From IMG/VR virus record IMGVR_UViG_3300029318_000083, positions 1-26,729 of that record: a stretch of DNA of 26,729 nucleotides. One strand, given 5' to 3'. The translations under genes were made by a program, and so were the position numbers. Under the pieces are notes generated by a model that saw only the letters and a program-made list of their open reading frames with translations, ran no database searches and was not told the origin of the DNA. The number at the start of each line of letters is the position of its first letter. Within the stretch, counting starts at the first letter, position 1. Source of the DNA: a virus. Taxonomy: Duplodnaviria > Caudoviricetes. Shown piece after piece: positions 24,433 to 26,729 of this stretch.

Positions 24433-26729
24433 CACAAACTAAGTACATTCAGGGTGCTGGTGGTGGCGGCAAAGGTGGTGGCGGCAGTCGCACACCCACT
24501 GAAGCAGATGACACTCTTCAGTCGATTCAGTTTGCAAATGTACTGGATCTAATCAGTGAGGGCGAAATTCAAGGCTTGGATGACGGCAATAAGAGCATAT
24601 TTCTTGATAGCACTCCGATCCAAAATGCTGATGGCAGCAACAACTTCTCTGGGTTTTCTGTTGTAACCCGTGCAGGCACTCAAGCACAAAATCATATACC
24701 TGGGGACTTTGGATCGACACAAGTTGAGAGACCTGTTAATGTCGAAGTTACAAATGGCACTTCTGTCACCAGGAATGTGCTTGGAACAGATGTTGATCGC
24801 CTACGGGTAACGTTGACAATTCCTAGCCTGCAAAAGGTAGAGGATGATGGCGACATTGTCGGACATAGTGTTCAAATTAAAATCCAAGTTCAGTACGACG
24901 GTGGTGGATTTAATGACGTAGTTACAGACACGATCAGCGGCAAAAGCAGCAACCGCTATCAGCGTGACTACATGATTACGCTTAGCAGCAGCACTAATGT
25001 TCAAGTACGCATGGTGCGTGTAAGTGCCGACGAAACAAGTCAAAAACGAGCTAGCACAACAATCTTCCAGAGTTTTACCGAAATTATCGATGAAAAATTC
25101 AGCTATCCAAACTCTGCGCTAGTTGCGCTTCGCTTTGATTCTCGTGAGTTTCAAAGTATTCCGACTCGCAAGTATTTGATTCGTGGAATTAAGGTCAAGA
25201 TTCCGAGCAATGCCACAGTAGACACCACAACACATATTGGCCGCATCACATACTCAGGCGTTTGGGACGGTACTTTTTCAGCAGCGACTTGGACAAATGA
25301 TCCGGCCTGGTGTTTATATGATTTGTTGATCTCAGATCGCTATGGAGCAGGCATTCCTGAGAGCACACTCGACAAATATGATTTTTTTGCTGTAAGCCAG
25401 TATTGCAATGATTTAGTTGACAATGGCAGAGGCGGTCAAGAACCGCGTTTTAGCCTAAATATGTTAATCAATAGTCGTGCTGAAGTTTACACTGTCATCC
25501 AGGAGATGACAGCTATCTTTAGAGGTATTGCATACTATGGTGCGGGCTCGTTAGTTCTTGCTCAAGACAAGCCGACTGATGCCTCTTACGCAATCGGTCC
25601 AACCAATGTCATAGACGGGTTATTTGAATATAGTGGAACGTCACAAAAAGCACGACACACTGTTGCAACGGTTGCCTATCAAAATTACGACACATTGGGC
25701 GATACTGAGTTTGAATATGTCGAAGACCATGATGCTGTAGCCAAATACGGCATAATCAACAAAGATATTAAAGCCGTTGGATGTTACAGCCAAGGGCAGG
25801 CACACAGAATTGGCAAATGGACGCTCCTGAGTGAACAGAATCTAACAGAAACAATTCAGTTCTCTGTCGGCCTTGAGAGTGGAATTATTCTTCGTCCTGG
25901 TCAAGTCATAGATGTTGCCGATCCAGTCAGAGCTGGTGTTCGTAGAAGTGGTCGCGTCAAATCTGCAACAAGCACACAACTGACTGTTGATAGCAGCACC
26001 AATCTTTCAGTCAGCGTGGCGACCAGCACCAATGATCCAAAGGTGACAGTGATGCTACCCAGTGGCATTGCAGAAACGCGAAGCATACCTGCAGGCGGCA
26101 TCCAGCCACAAGCCAATGGTACGGCAACAATTGACGTGACCTCTGCTTTTAGTCAGACACCTACAACTGGCTCGGTATTTTTAGTTCAAACATCAGACAT
26201 ACAATCGCAGCAATTCAGAGTTATTTCCGTCTCAGAGTCTGAGGATGGCATTTATGGCGTTAGTGCAGCTGCTTACAATGCTACGATCTATGACGCAGTT
26301 GAGTCTGACAATGAGCTAACTAATCGCGATATTACAAACCTTTCAGCCACACCTAATGCAGTTGACTCAATTACGGCAGAAGAGTTTCTGTATGAAACGG
26401 GCCAGGGTGTGTTTGTTGGTGCGTCAATTAGTTGGCAGCATGATCGTGTCAACATTAGTGAATTTAGGGTCCAGTACCGCATTGACGATGACAACTTTGA
26501 GACGCTAACTACAGCATCACCGTCAATAACAATTCGTGACATTCGAGCTGGCAATTTGCAAGTGCAAATCCAAGCCAGAAACTATCTGAATCGTGGCAGC
26601 ATAATCACGAGCGATACATTCACAATCCAAGGCAAAACGGCACCGCCGCAGCTGATCACTGATACATCAGATGCAAATTATATTGACTTCGACATGATTC
26701 CTGTTAATGGTCAGGCAAAACTAACGTGG
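24429..26729 (+). CDS. Tail tip / host-specificity protein, lambda gpJ-like; 3'-truncated
   Basis: ATGA overlap; begins MTQTKYIQGAGGGGKGGGGSRTP...DLISEGEIQG; later WTNDPAWCLYD and EPRF motifs; runs off the window. Confidence 0.92.
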   Translation, partial: MTQTKYIQGAGGGGKGGGGSRTPTEADDTLQSIQFANVLDLISEGEIQGLDDGNKSIFLDSTPIQNADGSNNFSGFSVVTRAGTQAQNHIPGDFGSTQVERPVNVEVTNGTSVTRNVLGTDVDRLRVTLTIPSLQKVEDDGDIVGHSVQIKIQVQYDGGGFNDVVTDTISGKSSNRYQRDYMITLSSSTNVQVRMVRVSADETSQKRASTTIFQSFTEIIDEKFSYPNSALVALRFDSREFQSIPTRKYLIRGIKVKIPSNATVDTTTHIGRITYSGVWDGTFSAATWTNDPAWCLYDLLISDRYGAGIPESTLDKYDFFAVSQYCNDLVDNGRGGQEPRFSLNMLINSRAEVYTVIQEMTAIFRGIAYYGAGSLVLAQDKPTDASYAIGPTNVIDGLFEYSGTSQKARHTVATVAYQNYDTLGDTEFEYVEDHDAVAKYGIINKDIKAVGCYSQGQAHRIGKWTLLSEQNLTETIQFSVGLESGIILRPGQVIDVADPVRAGVRRSGRVKSATSTQLTVDSSTNLSVSVATSTNDPKVTVMLPSGIAETRSIPAGGIQPQANGTATIDVTSAFSQTPTTGSVFLVQTSDIQSQQFRVISVSESEDGIYGVSAAAYNATIYDAVESDNELTNRDITNLSATPNAVDSITAEEFLYETGQGVFVGASISWQHDRVNISEFRVQYRIDDDNFETLTTASPSITIRDIRAGNLQVQIQARNYLNRGSIITSDTFTIQGKTAPPQLITDTSDANYIDFDMIPVNGQAKLTW

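Noticed and set aside
494-26554. Numerous minus-strand and alternative-frame ORFs in the track (e.g. 3908..4348, 14876..15316, 23802..24359, 3588..4031, 18958..19209)
   Set aside because: They overlap well-supported + strand genes and show no recognisable motifs; treated as shadow ORFs.

Overview
A 26.7-kb segment of a lambda-like siphovirus genome with every credible gene on the + strand. The gene content and lack of Shine-Dalgarno sites suggest a cyanophage-like virus, but the host is inferred, not shown. Order: the C-terminal part of a replication ATPase/HTH gene; four promoter-driven early units of small genes (ASCH, AT-hook protein, DUF932 and others); a ParB-N gene and an ABC-ATPase-GNAT gene coupled to terS/terL; portal, gpF, a cluster of tiny basic proteins, scaffold, major capsid and neck genes; two tandem tail-tube paralogs, a frameshifted G/GT chaperone, tape measure and lambda-like M-L-K-I-J tip genes (J truncated by the window end). 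Main finding: a candidate ~100-nt three-hairpin small RNA (760-858) with its own promoter and terminator. Its two loops (GUGUG and AGUCGGGA) are complementary to a bipartite CACAC...UCCCGAC signal found near the start codons of the early units, suggesting an RNA-based switch for early genes. Second finding: two multi-module elements (4562-4722 and 5635-5803) carry the same motifs in mirrored order around a four-gene cassette, just upstream of the packaging operon.
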